Shown here in pieces: positions 9,886 to 19,454 of a stretch of DNA of 64,000 bases. The translations under genes were made by a program, and so were the position numbers. The first letter of the stretch is position 1. The number at the start of each line of letters is the position of its first letter. The notes under the pieces are model-generated. The model saw nothing but the letters and a program-made list of their open reading frames with translations. It did no database searches and was not told the DNA's origin. Origin of the DNA: an uncultured Chloroflexia bacterium (GTDB taxonomy: Bacteria > Chloroflexota > Limnocylindria > Limnocylindrales > CSP1-4); contig CAVWRX010000005.1 in assembly GCA_963757595.1 (NCBI GenBank), forward strand, positions 1,508 through 65,507, given 5' to 3'.

Positions 9886-10100
9886 TTGTCAACGCTCCCG
9901 CCATTGCAGTCTCGCCCGACGGACGCGACGCTAACGGTCACGCGTGCGGCTCACGTGCTCGGCGTCCACCCGAACACGATCCGGGCGTGGAGCGATGCCG
10001 GCCGCATCCGGTTCTACCGGATCAACCCGCGCGGTGATCGACGCTACCGCCTGAGCGACCTCCACCGGTTCCTTGCCGGCGCCGCCGTCGGGCCTGCCGC
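9886..10100 (+). CDS. excisionase/MerR-type helix-turn-helix DNA-binding domain (a separate small gene, or the N-terminal domain of the GGDEF protein; the end is unresolved)
   Basis: The first ~65 aa of ORF 9886..11019 read TLTVTRAAHVLGVHPNTIRAWSDAGRIRFYRINPRGDRRYRLSDLHRFL. The rest of that ORF is Arg-rich out-of-frame overlap with the GAF gene, so a frame change must lie between about 10080 and 10230. Confidence 0.6.
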
Positions 10101-12805
10101 GGATGAAATCACTGGTGACGAACGGCCGCCACGATCGCCGGCGCGGCGGTCGGGGGACCAGGACGGGGGATCGAACGCCGACGGGCCTCGTTCCCCCGGA
10201 CGCGGGAGCGGCTGCCATGCGGGGTATCGAATCCCCTTCGGCCGCCGAGCCGGACGTCGCGGGGGCGCTCGACGTCATCGCCCGACTCGGCAAGCTCGCC
10301 GCGACGATCGCCGGCACTGCCGTCGACCCGGAGGCCATTCTTGGCAGCGCCGCCCGGACGATCCGCGAAGGCGCCGGGTTGGACCACGTTTCCGTCTGGC
10401 GTGTCAACGACGACCTGCTGGTCCCGGTTGCGATCTCCGGCACGGCCACGGGCCATCCGCGGGCGACATCCCGCGGCGACGGGATCCTCGGCGCGGCACT
10501 CGAGCATCCCGGGACGGTGCTCCGGTCCGACGGCTCGGAGCGCGGCGACGGGCCCGCCGGCATCGCCGGCGCGCTGCTTGCGGTGGCAATCCAGGGTCAG
10601 GATGGGCCCTGGGGAGTCCTCCTCGCGGCCACCGCTGCAGCCGGGACGACCGTCGGGCCGGCGGTCCTCCTACGCGCGGCGGACCTGCTCGGCGCGATCG
10701 TTCGAGCGGCGGATGTCGCGACCGAGGTCGACCTGCGCGTGCATCGCGCCGAGGCACTCGGCAGGGTCGCGGGCGACATCGGCAGCCGGCTCGACCCGGA
10801 CCAGGTCCTCGCCAGGCTGGTCGATCACGCCATGACGATGTTCAACGGCGACCGTGCCGCGGTGTTCCTCTTCGACCCGGACGGGCGGCGACGCGCCGTC
10901 GCGTCCCGAGGATTGTCGGCCTCGTACCTCGCGGGGCTGCCGCCCTTCACCCGGTCGTCCATCGCCGGGGCCGCCGTCGCCGCGCGCCGGCCGATCTTCT
11001 CGATGGACTATCGCGATGATCCGCGAGCAGCGCTGAATCGCGCTGCCGTGGTGCAGGAGGGTTTCGACACCATCTGCGTGGCGCCACTCCTCGACGGTGA
11101 TGGGGAGATGGGCAGCCTCAACGTCTACCACGACAAGCCCAAGCGTTGGACCGACGAGGAGCTGTCGACGATGGCAGCCCTTGCGACCCAGGCCAGCGCG
11201 GCCATCCGAAGCGCGAGGACCTACGCCCAGCTCGCGACCTGGGCGGCGCAGCTCCAGTCGATCCAGCAGCTCGGCGCCCGACTCAACCGGTTGACTGACG
11301 TGGCCGAGATCGGGAACGCGATCGCGACCGAGCTCAACCAGCTGCTGGACTACCACAACGTCCGGGTCTACCGGCGGACCGGCGACGAGCTGGCGCCCGT
11401 CGCGATGCGAGGTCAGGTCGGCGAATACGTCGACGAGACCGCCGACCAGCTCCGAATCCAGGTGGGCGAAGGAATCACCGGCTGGGTAGCCGCTCATCGC
11501 GTCGCCCAGAATCTTCCCGACGCGGCGGCCGACCCGCGCGCCAACACGATTCCCGGAACGGACGACGACCTCGACGAGTCGATGCTGCTCGCGCCGATGC
11601 TCTTCGAGGACGATGTCCTCGGCGTGCTCGTCCTGTCCAAGCTGGGGCTCCACCAGTTCACCGAGGATGACCTTCGTCTCCTTGTCATCTACGCCAGCTT
11701 CGCGGCCCAGGCAATGGCCCACGCCGACGCGACGGAACGGCTGCGACGCCAGGTGCAAAGTCAGCGCCACCTCCTCCAGATCACCGAATCGATCCTCACC
11801 ACCCTCGACACGGCCGTCGTTCTCGACTCGGTCGCGGATCGGCTGGCGGAGCTGGTCGGCTGGGACAACGTCTCGGTCGAGCTCCTCGACAGCCACACGG
11901 GAGTCCTCGTCCCGGTCATGGCCAAGGGCGTCGACGAAAAGGAATTGCTGGAGCCGTGGCTGCAGGGCGAGACGGGCCTCGGGCCGTGGGTCGTCGAGCA
12001 CAACGAGGCCGTCCTGATCCACGACCAGCACGACGACCCGCGGGTGTATCCACTCGCGGCAGGGCCCGTCCACGGCGGGCTCATCTGCCTCCCGCTGCAC
12101 GGTCGGAACGGCGCGATCGGGACGCTCTCCCTGGAGCGCATCGGCGAGGGCCGCTCGTTCACCGAGGAGGAATTCGAGCTCGCGAAGCTCTTTGCGGCCC
12201 AGGTGTCGATCGCCGTGCAGAACGCGGAGGCGCATGGGGCGATGGCCCGTCAGGCCGAGACCGACGACCTCACCGGGCTCGGCAACCACCGCAGCTTCCG
12301 GCACGCGCTGAGCCTCGCCGTGGCAGCCGGCGTGCCGTTCAGCCTGATGATGGTCGACCTGGACCGATTCAAGCTCGTCAACGACAACTTCGGCCATCCG
12401 GTCGGCAACGAGGTCCTGCAGCTGGCCGCGCAGTCGATCGTCCGCGCCAGTCGGGACAGTGACGCCGCGTTCCGCTATGGCGGCGACGAGTTCACCGTGC
12501 TCCTCCCCCACACGGACGCCGAACACGTCGTGCCCGTGGCCGACCGGATCCGGCGAGCCCTCGCCGATGCCCCCGCCTCCGTCGCCGGGATGGCCCCGGT
12601 CGCGGCCATGGTCGATGCGTCGGTCGGCGTCGCCACCTACCCGGCCGACGGCACCACGCCCGACGCGATCCTGCTCGCGGCCGACCGGGCCTGCTTCGTC
12701 GCCAAGCGCGCGGGCGGCGGGCGGATCGCCACTGCCAGCGAGGGCATGGCGGTCGAGGGTGGCTTCACCCTTCAGGTCCCGACGCCGATCGACACCGGCA
12801 CGTAA
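10073..12805 (+). CDS. multi-GAF sensor diguanylate cyclase (GGDEF with intact I-site)
   Basis: 910-aa ORF with several GAF-like repeats. The C-terminal motifs are DDLTGLGNHRSF and RDSDAAFRYGGDEFTVLL (RxxD five residues before GGDEF). The true start is uncertain; ATG at 10217 or fusion to the upstream HTH are both possible. Confidence 0.85.
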   Translation: MPAPPSGLPRMKSLVTNGRHDRRRGGRGTRTGDRTPTGLVPPDAGAAAMRGIESPSAAEPDVAGALDVIARLGKLAATIAGTAVDPEAILGSAARTIREGAGLDHVSVWRVNDDLLVPVAISGTATGHPRATSRGDGILGAALEHPGTVLRSDGSERGDGPAGIAGALLAVAIQGQDGPWGVLLAATAAAGTTVGPAVLLRAADLLGAIVRAADVATEVDLRVHRAEALGRVAGDIGSRLDPDQVLARLVDHAMTMFNGDRAAVFLFDPDGRRRAVASRGLSASYLAGLPPFTRSSIAGAAVAARRPIFSMDYRDDPRAALNRAAVVQEGFDTICVAPLLDGDGEMGSLNVYHDKPKRWTDEELSTMAALATQASAAIRSARTYAQLATWAAQLQSIQQLGARLNRLTDVAEIGNAIATELNQLLDYHNVRVYRRTGDELAPVAMRGQVGEYVDETADQLRIQVGEGITGWVAAHRVAQNLPDAAADPRANTIPGTDDDLDESMLLAPMLFEDDVLGVLVLSKLGLHQFTEDDLRLLVIYASFAAQAMAHADATERLRRQVQSQRHLLQITESILTTLDTAVVLDSVADRLAELVGWDNVSVELLDSHTGVLVPVMAKGVDEKELLEPWLQGETGLGPWVVEHNEAVLIHDQHDDPRVYPLAAGPVHGGLICLPLHGRNGAIGTLSLERIGEGRSFTEEEFELAKLFAAQVSIAVQNAEAHGAMARQAETDDLTGLGNHRSFRHALSLAVAAGVPFSLMMVDLDRFKLVNDNFGHPVGNEVLQLAAQSIVRASRDSDAAFRYGGDEFTVLLPHTDAEHVVPVADRIRRALADAPASVAGMAPVAAMVDASVGVATYPADGTTPDAILLAADRACFVAKRAGGGRIATASEGMAVEGGFTLQVPTPIDTGT

Positions 12806-12838
12806 CCGCGGCGCGACAAACGGCGTCAGACTTGCGGT

Positions 12839-13405
12839 ATGGACCGCGATCCCCAAACCCGACCCGGCTGGAACCAGCGACCCCGACGCAACCCGCTGGC
12901 GTCGCCCGTGCTCGCCGTGGCCCTCGCGGTCGTCGCGATCGGGCTCGTGGCGGCGATCCTGCTGATCCCCGGGTTCCTGCCGCTCGGCGGGACCACGCCG
13001 ACCTGCGGGTCCGGATGCCCGCCGCAGGCGACCCCGACGCCGACACCCGGGTCGCCGAGCCCGACGCCGTCGCCGTCCGCTTCCCCGGCTCCGAGCCCGA
13101 CCTTCGTTCGACCCACTCCCACGCCCCTGCCGACCTTCACGTCCTACACGGTCGCCGCGGGCGACAGCCTGAACACGATCGCCCACAGGTTCCAGACCAC
13201 GGCCCGGAGCCTGGCCTGGTGGAACCGCGGAACGTACCCGACGCTCGATCCCGAGTCCGCGGCGTACGCACCCGGCCACATCGAGGTCGGTTGGATCCTG
13301 ACGCTGCTCCCCGGGACCGTCGTCGACGACGCCAACCCGCCGACGCCAAGCCCGGGGCCGCCGACACCCTTGCCAACGGTCGAGCCGAGCCCAAGCGCAA
13401 CCTAG
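12839..13405 (+). CDS. membrane-anchored LysM domain protein with Pro/Thr/Ser-rich linkers
   Basis: 188-aa ORF. TM helix VLAVALAVVAIGLVAAILLI. LysM core YTVAAGDSLNTIAHRFQTTARSLAWWN. Confidence 0.8.
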   Translation: MDRDPQTRPGWNQRPRRNPLASPVLAVALAVVAIGLVAAILLIPGFLPLGGTTPTCGSGCPPQATPTPTPGSPSPTPSPSASPAPSPTFVRPTPTPLPTFTSYTVAAGDSLNTIAHRFQTTARSLAWWNRGTYPTLDPESAAYAPGHIEVGWILTLLPGTVVDDANPPTPSPGPPTPLPTVEPSPSAT

Positions 13406-13451
13406 GACAGGAGCCGGCGGCTGAGGGCTGAGGACGCGGCGCGACAGCGGA

Positions 13452-13922
13452 TCAGTCGTCGGAGTCGACGGGCGGCGGCCAGACCTTTACGAAGCGCTCA
13501 AGGACGACGGTCGTCGCATCGTCGACGGGCGTGCCGATCGATTCGAAGAAGCGGAGATGGGCCGCTCGCCATCCCGGGAGCGTCCGGTCCCCCTCCCCCT
13601 CGTCCCAGGCAAAGGCGGCATCGACCTCCCCGAACCGACGCGTCTCGACCGCCGTCGTCCGGATGATGCAGAGCGGCAGGCCGCGACCGTCCAGCACGAC
13701 CGAGTGGTCGCCGATCGCCGGAATGGGCTCGCCATCCGCCGCCAAGGCCGCCGCGATCGTCGTCGTGGCCCGCTTGGGGCCGTCGCGCACGAGCAAGCCC
13801 AGGTCCGTCATCAGGGTCGGGTCCGACTCGTCGCCAAACCCCCAGGCCGTGTACGCACCGAGCGTCCCCGTCGCCGCGACGAACGCATCCCAGAACTGCC
13901 TGACCGCCTCGTCGTCGATCAC
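13452..13922 (-). CDS. ASCH domain protein (PUA-like fold)
   Basis: C-terminal ~155 aa of ORF 13452..14099: EAVRQFWDAF...AWGFGD...LVRDGPKRATTT...AFAWDEGEGDRTL..WRAAHLRFF. I chose GTG at 13922 as the start because the upstream part of the ORF looks non-coding. Confidence 0.65.
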   Translation of the reverse strand: MIDDEAVRQFWDAFVAATGTLGAYTAWGFGDESDPTLMTDLGLLVRDGPKRATTTIAAALAADGEPIPAIGDHSVVLDGRGLPLCIIRTTAVETRRFGEVDAAFAWDEGEGDRTLPGWRAAHLRFFESIGTPVDDATTVVLERFVKVWPPPVDSDD

Positions 13923-14101
13923 GCGCCAGCGAGCGCCAGCAATGGCGGGACCGCCGCCGCCCTTGTCCCACTCGCAGCCGCGTACATCGTCCGATGGTAC
14001 CGAAGCGGCGCGAATCCGAAGCCTCGTCCGGCGGAGAGCGGTGCTCGGTGGCCATGCCGGCGCGGATGAGGAGGGCATCCGGGCGGCGGGAGGCGTCATC
14101 G

Positions 14102-14353
14102 TCAGCGCGCGGGTGCGAGGACCTCGAGGGGCTGGAGGCCGTCGTCCGTTCCAATGCGGCCGCTCCGACAGAGCTCTCGCAGGAAGAGCAGGCGGTCCAC
14201 GTCAGCCAGCCGCCACGGCCGGCCGCCACCGACCACGATGCCCGACAGGTAGGCGGTGAGGTTCGCTGCCTCAGCCGTGGTGAAGCCGCGCAGCAGCAGG
14301 GCTCGATATGTCTCGCGCGTCGCCAACGCGCCTTCCTGCCGCGGTTCGGTCAT
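14102..14353 (-). CDS. small hypothetical protein (83 aa)
   Basis: Internal Met of ORF 14102..14545 (MTEPRQEGALATRETYRALLLRGFTTAEAANL...). It is divergent from the WYL regulator. No family is recognised. Confidence 0.35.
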   Translation of the reverse strand: MTEPRQEGALATRETYRALLLRGFTTAEAANLTAYLSGIVVGGGRPWRLADVDRLLFLRELCRSGRIGTDDGLQPLEVLAPAR

Positions 14354-14517
14354 GGCAGCCGATGATCTCCCCGATGCCTCGACGACCGGCCGGAAGCCGG
14401 TCGGGTCTGGTGCGGAAATGGTCGGTCCGGATGAGATGGGGGACGACCACCCGAGGGTCCCGGGCTCGCTGGTACTTGCGGTCATGCGCCGGGTATCCTC
14501 GCGGGAAAGGAGAGCGC

Positions 14518-15522
14518 ATGGCTGGCTTTGACGACGAGGGCCCATCGACCGCCAAGCGGGATCGCGTGGCGCGCCTGGCCCGCGTCGCCAACCTCCTGAA
14601 GGCCCACCCCGAGGGGATCCGGGCGGAGGACATCGGGGTCCGCCTCGGGATTTCCAAGCGCACGGCGTACCGGGATCTCACGGCCCTCGGCGGCGAGCTT
14701 GGGCTGCCGACCTGGTCGGATTCCGGCCTCTGGGGGATCCTCGACGCTGCGTTCCTGCCGCCGCTGAAGCTCACGACCTCCGAGGCGATGGCGGTCTTCC
14801 TGGCGGCACGCCTGATGGTCCGTTATGCCGACAAGTACGACCCGGATCTGGCGTCTGCCTTCGAGAAGCTGTCCGAGGGGCTGCCCGCACCCCTGACCGA
14901 GCACGTCGCGCGCTCCCTCGATGTGCTGCAGCGAGCGGCCAAGGTCCCGTCGTTCGTCGACCACGTCCACGCCTTGACAAAGGCGTGGGCGGAACGTCGC
15001 GTGGTAGAGATCGAATACGGCGCCGCCCGGTACGAGGGGCGGGCACCGGGCTCGAGCCGCCGGGTCGTCCATCCGTACCTGATCGAACCGTCGACGCAGA
15101 CGCACGCGCTCTACCTGATCGGGCTGGACGAGGAACGCGCCAGCCTCCGGACGTTCAAGATCGAGCGCATCCAGGCCGTGACCGTCACCCCGCGGACGTT
15201 CGAACCGCCCGAGGCAGGGTCGGTCGAGGCACTCCTGCGGCGGGCCTGGGACATCATCGCCGACCAGACCGCGGTTACGGTCGTCCTCCGATTCCGAGCA
15301 GCCGTCGCGGATCGGGTCGGCGAGACGATCTGGCATCCGAGCCAGGAAACGACCGTTCAGCCGGACGATTCGTTGCTGTGGCGGGCAATGGTCTCGGGGA
15401 CCATCGAGATCCGTCTCTGGATCCTGTCCTGGGGCGACGATGTCGAGGTTATCGAGCCGGCGGCGCTGCGCGAGGACGTGATCGCGACCCTCCGCCGCGG
15501 CCTCCAGCGATACGACGCCTGA
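14518..15522 (+). CDS. HTH-WYL-WCX type transcriptional regulator
   Basis: ATG at 14518 is preceded by GGAAAGGAGAG. N-terminal winged HTH reads GIRAEDIGVRLGISKRTAYRDLTAL. The central WYL-like core reads VVHPYLIEPSTQTHALYLIGLDEERASLRTFKIERI. The C-terminal extension reads WILSWGDDVEVIEP. Confidence 0.8.
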   Translation: MAGFDDEGPSTAKRDRVARLARVANLLKAHPEGIRAEDIGVRLGISKRTAYRDLTALGGELGLPTWSDSGLWGILDAAFLPPLKLTTSEAMAVFLAARLMVRYADKYDPDLASAFEKLSEGLPAPLTEHVARSLDVLQRAAKVPSFVDHVHALTKAWAERRVVEIEYGAARYEGRAPGSSRRVVHPYLIEPSTQTHALYLIGLDEERASLRTFKIERIQAVTVTPRTFEPPEAGSVEALLRRAWDIIADQTAVTVVLRFRAAVADRVGETIWHPSQETTVQPDDSLLWRAMVSGTIEIRLWILSWGDDVEVIEPAALREDVIATLRRGLQRYDA

Positions 15523-15633
15523 GCACCCCGGGACCACGCTCGGGCGGTCCCGTGGGCGCGGCTGGCGTCGCCGGGACCGACCAGCGGGTACCCTATGGGT
15601 GTGCCCCCGCGAACCTTCCCACCCCGACGTCCC

Positions 15634-16272
15634 ATGCCGCGAATCCTGGTCCTGGCGATCCTCGCCGCGGCGCTCCTGACCACCGGCCTGACGCCCCTGC
15701 GCGGGGCGGCTCCCGTGAGCGCGAGCACCGCCACGTCGATGGCAGGACAGATCCTGTCGAAGATCAACGCGGCTCGGAAACAGCACGGGCTCGCCGCACT
15801 TCGGACGGATTCTCGGCTCACCGGCATGGCGTCGCGTCGGGCGACGACGCTCGCCGACCTGCATGAGCTGTCGCATGATGCGGCCGGCTGCCTGACCTGC
15901 CAGCTCGCCGATCTCGGCGTCGCCTACAGTCTCGTGGGGGAGGTCCTTGCGATGAACTCGTACCAGTGGGGCTCAGGATCCGCCGCCCTGATCTTCTCGG
16001 CATGGCAGGGCAGCCCGGCGCACTGGGACATCCTCATGACCGCCCGCCTCGACACCATCGGGATCGCGGTCGCGGAGAGTGCATCGGGCTCGACCTACGC
16101 CAGTGCGGTCCTGATCGACGCCCCCGGGACCAGCGCCCTCGCGCCAGGGAAGCCGCAGCCGGTCGCCGCCGCGCCACGACCGGCAGCCACACCCAGGGAG
16201 CCCGTCGTCGAGGCCTGGGTGAGGCCGCTCCGCCGCGAGGGAAGCTTCCGGCTGGGTCGGATCCCGTTCTAG
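15634..16272 (+). CDS. secreted CAP/SCP (PR-1-like, YkwD-type) domain protein
   Basis: Signal peptide MPRILVLAILAAALLTTGL. The CAP-like segment reads ILSKINAARKQHGLAALR...SPAHWDILM. The track ORF starts at 15595. Confidence 0.7.
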   Translation: MPRILVLAILAAALLTTGLTPLRGAAPVSASTATSMAGQILSKINAARKQHGLAALRTDSRLTGMASRRATTLADLHELSHDAAGCLTCQLADLGVAYSLVGEVLAMNSYQWGSGSAALIFSAWQGSPAHWDILMTARLDTIGIAVAESASGSTYASAVLIDAPGTSALAPGKPQPVAAAPRPAATPREPVVEAWVRPLRREGSFRLGRIPF

Positions 16273-16274
16273 CG

Positions 16275-17669
16275 GTGGCCGGCCAGCCGTTCTCCGCGGT
16301 CAACCTCATCAGCGACCCGATTCACGGGTACGTGGAGCTGACCAAGCGCCTCGCAGCAGCTGAGGCCGCGGCCGTTGGGCTGCCGCCGGAGGACGTGGCC
16401 GAGGACGATCTCCTCGACACTGCCTGGGTCCAGCGCCTTCGACGGATCAGCCAGCTCCAGAGCGCCCGCTGGGTCTTCCCGACCGCGGAGCACTCCCGTT
16501 TCACCCATGGCCTGGGGGTCATGCACGAGGCCGGGCTCTGGGCGAGATCGCTCTACCCGACGATGCCGGCCGCGATGGATGGCGAACCGCTGCCCTCCGA
16601 GGGGCTGGTGGTGGAGACGCTCCGTATCGCGGGCCTCCTTCACGACGTCGGGCACGGCCCGTTCGCCCACTACTTCGACGATCGGGTCCTCGCCGATTTC
16701 CCGGCCCCGCCGGACGCGCGCCGGCCAGGGGTGAAGTCCCTCTCTCACGAGGACCTGAGCCAGCTGATCATCGAGCGGGAGCTCGGCCTGCTCATCGCCA
16801 GCCTTCGCCGGGCGCCGGGCAACACCCCGGCGCGGGACGCCTTCGCCGAGGGCGAGTCGATCGACCCCCGCTGGGTCTCGTTCCTCGTCTCCAAGCCGGC
16901 CCTCGTCGATCCGACGATGCCGCGCTGGGTTCGCATCCTCCAGCCGTTGCTCTCGGGGGTGTTCACCGTCGACAACCTCGACTACGTTCGCCGCGACGCG
17001 TTCTTCACGGGCGTCCGCGTGGGCGTCGACGTCGAGCGGCTGCGCCGCTACACGTACGTCGGGCCTGGCGGCCTGACGCTCTTCGAATCAGGCGTCCCGG
17101 CGCTCGAGGGATTCCTCGGCGCACGGTTGCTGCTCTACCTCCAGGTCTACTTCCATCGAACGGTTCGGGCCATCGATCTCGACCTCGGCGAGGTGTTCGC
17201 GCCGTCCATCCGGGCCATCTTCGGGGACCGCTCGCCTGCCGAGCGGTTGGCGGACTATGCCGATCTGGACGAATACGCCCTTCTCCACCAGGCGGCCAGG
17301 TGGTCCCGCGGCGAGGACATCGCCGCAGCAGGGACGTCCCGGCCCGGCGACGGCCGGGTCGAGGCAGCGATCGCCGACGGCTGGCGGGGGATCCTCCTGC
17401 GCCGGCCCCGCTGGCACGTCGACGGTGAGGTCCGCGCGGAATACGAGGCGGGCGGGTTTCCGCAGGAGGTCGTCGATCGCCTCGGGGGTGGTGACCCGGG
17501 CCGGTTTGCGATCGACCTGGCCGCGGTCGACGCCCGCCTCCCGGACGCAGAGGCCGCGCGGAAGCTCGTCATCGAACGTCGGGACGGCTCGCACCCGGTG
17601 CTGTCCGCGGCGCTGCCACGGATACCCGGCTATGCCCTCGTGGCGCGGAGATATCGCCGGGCGCCCTGA
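16275..17669 (+). CDS. HD-domain phosphohydrolase, dNTP triphosphohydrolase (SAMHD1/dGTPase)-like
   Basis: GTG at 16275 lies within ORF 15966..17669. Motifs: DPIHGYVEL, RLRRISQLQ, EHSRFTHGLGV, AGLLHDVGHGPFAH, VDNLDYVRRDA. Confidence 0.8.
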   Translation: MAGQPFSAVNLISDPIHGYVELTKRLAAAEAAAVGLPPEDVAEDDLLDTAWVQRLRRISQLQSARWVFPTAEHSRFTHGLGVMHEAGLWARSLYPTMPAAMDGEPLPSEGLVVETLRIAGLLHDVGHGPFAHYFDDRVLADFPAPPDARRPGVKSLSHEDLSQLIIERELGLLIASLRRAPGNTPARDAFAEGESIDPRWVSFLVSKPALVDPTMPRWVRILQPLLSGVFTVDNLDYVRRDAFFTGVRVGVDVERLRRYTYVGPGGLTLFESGVPALEGFLGARLLLYLQVYFHRTVRAIDLDLGEVFAPSIRAIFGDRSPAERLADYADLDEYALLHQAARWSRGEDIAAAGTSRPGDGRVEAAIADGWRGILLRRPRWHVDGEVRAEYEAGGFPQEVVDRLGGGDPGRFAIDLAAVDARLPDAEAARKLVIERRDGSHPVLSAALPRIPGYALVARRYRRAP

Positions 17670-17706
17670 GGCTGCCGAGCCCCACGCGAAGTCGGCGCCG
17701 ACCGAC

Positions 17707-18426
17707 TCAGCTCTCGGCGAGCGCCCCGTCCCGGAGCTCCACGACGCGATCGGCCACATCCATCATCAGGGGGTCGTGAGTGGCGACGATGGCGGTGATC
17801 CCCTCGGCCCGAACGACCTCGCGGAGCACGAGCATGATCCGGTGACCGGTCTCGGAGTCGAGCTGGCCGGTCGGTTCGTCGGCGAGCAGCAGGCGCGGGC
17901 GGTTGGCGAGCGCACGGGCGATCGCGACGCGCTGCTGCTCCCCACCCGACAGCTCATGGGGTCGGTGCCGCGCTCGATCGTGAAGGCCGACGATCTCGAG
18001 GAGCTCGGCCACCCGCCGATCTCGATCTGCCGGATCGGCCCGGACGAGCCGGAGCGGGATCTCGACGTTCTCGGCCGCGGTCAGGATCGGCACGAGGCCG
18101 AAGGACTGGAAGACGAACGCGATCGTCCGGCGCCGGATGTCGACGAGCCCCCGCTCGTCCATCGACGAGATCTCGTGGCCGTCAACAAGGACCGATCCTG
18201 ATGTCGGCCGATCGAGGCCACCGAGCAGGTTCAGGAGCGTCGTCTTGCCACTCCCAGAGCGGCCGCGCACGGCGAGCAGCTGGCCCCTTCCGACCGCGAG
18301 ATCGATACCCCGGAGGGCATGGATGACGCTGTCCCCGGACGGATAGTCCCGGACCAGCTGATGGGCGACGACGATCGCATCGCCGCTCGCCGGATGACGC
18401 CCCGGCGCGGCGACGCTCAACGTCAC
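17707..18426 (-). CDS. ABC transporter ATP-binding protein (MacB/LolD class)
   Basis: Walker [11 protein letters not shown]-loop, signature [14 protein letters not shown], Walker [11 protein letters not shown] 4-nt overlap joins it to the upstream ATPase gene. Confidence 0.9.
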   Translation of the reverse strand: MTLSVAAPGRHPASGDAIVVAHQLVRDYPSGDSVIHALRGIDLAVGRGQLLAVRGRSGSGKTTLLNLLGGLDRPTSGSVLVDGHEISSMDERGLVDIRRRTIAFVFQSFGLVPILTAAENVEIPLRLVRADPADRDRRVAELLEIVGLHDRARHRPHELSGGEQQRVAIARALANRPRLLLADEPTGQLDSETGHRIMLVLREVVRAEGITAIVATHDPLMMDVADRVVELRDGALAES

Positions 18427-19454
18427 GGCTTGGCCTCCTCTCGGGGTTCGTCCGGCCAGACGCCGACATGGTCGTCTTCCAGGCGCAACCGGACCCGGTG
18501 TTTCAGCTCGAGCGCCTCCACGTGGGACCGCGGCAGCTGGAGCCGGCCCGCCCGGTCGAGGACGGCAAACTCCTCGGCGATGATCCGGTGGTCACCTTCC
18601 TCCGTCTGCTCCGTCCGGCGGAAGGTCTCCGTGCTGGTCCGGCCGTCCCGGATCGAGACGGTCCGGTAGACCTGCTCGGCAACGTGGCTGTCGTGGGTGA
18701 CGACGACGATGGTCGTCCCGAACTGGGCGTTGACCTGGCGCAGGAGGCCGAAGACCTCGGCCGATGTCGTGCTGTCGAGCTCACCCGTGGGTTCATCGGC
18801 GAGGAGGACGGCGGGCTTGTTGGCGAGCGCCACGGCAATCGCGACGCGCTGCTGCTCGCCGCCGGACAGGCGCTCGGGGCGATGGCCGGCTCGATCCGCG
18901 AGGCCGACGGTCGTCAGGAGCTCCATGGCCCGCTCGCGGCGGTCGCGGCCGCCATCCAGGACCATCGGCAGCTCGACATTCTCGAGAGCCGTCAGGAACG
19001 GCAGCAGATTCCGCGCGGTCTGCTGCCAGATGACGCCGACGATCCGCCGCCGGTAGAGCGTCCGCTCACGGCGTCCCATCTGGCCGAGGTCATGACCGGC
19101 GACGACCGCCCTGCCGGCGGACGGCGTGTCGAGGCCGCCGAGGATGTTGAGGAGGGTCGACTTCCCGGAGCCCGAGGCGCCGATGATGGCGACGATCTCG
19201 CCGGCGTCCACCAGGAGGTCGAGACCCTGGAGGGCAACGACCTCGAGATCGGCGATCTTGTAGATCCGGACGAGGTTGTCGCAGGCAATGAGCGCGCCCT
19301 CGCCGAACCGCCGTCGCGTCGGCCTCGCCGTGGCAGCGGCGTTCGGATCTCGCGGCGGCAGCACCCCGGTCGCGACCGATCCAGGCTGCGCCGGGAGATC
19401 CTCGATCACCGGCGACCCCTGGTCGCCCGTGCGGTCGTGTCGCAAGTCGCTCAT
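18423..19454 (-). CDS. ABC transporter ATP-binding protein with ~50-aa N-terminal and ~100-aa C-terminal extensions
   Basis: Walker A GASGSGKST, signature [14 protein letters not shown], Walker [11 protein letters not shown] 4-nt overlap occurs at both ends. Confidence 0.9.
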   Translation of the reverse strand: MSDLRHDRTGDQGSPVIEDLPAQPGSVATGVLPPRDPNAAATARPTRRRFGEGALIACDNLVRIYKIADLEVVALQGLDLLVDAGEIVAIIGASGSGKSTLLNILGGLDTPSAGRAVVAGHDLGQMGRRERTLYRRRIVGVIWQQTARNLLPFLTALENVELPMVLDGGRDRRERAMELLTTVGLADRAGHRPERLSGGEQQRVAIAVALANKPAVLLADEPTGELDSTTSAEVFGLLRQVNAQFGTTIVVVTHDSHVAEQVYRTVSIRDGRTSTETFRRTEQTEEGDHRIIAEEFAVLDRAGRLQLPRSHVEALELKHRVRLRLEDDHVGVWPDEPREEAKP

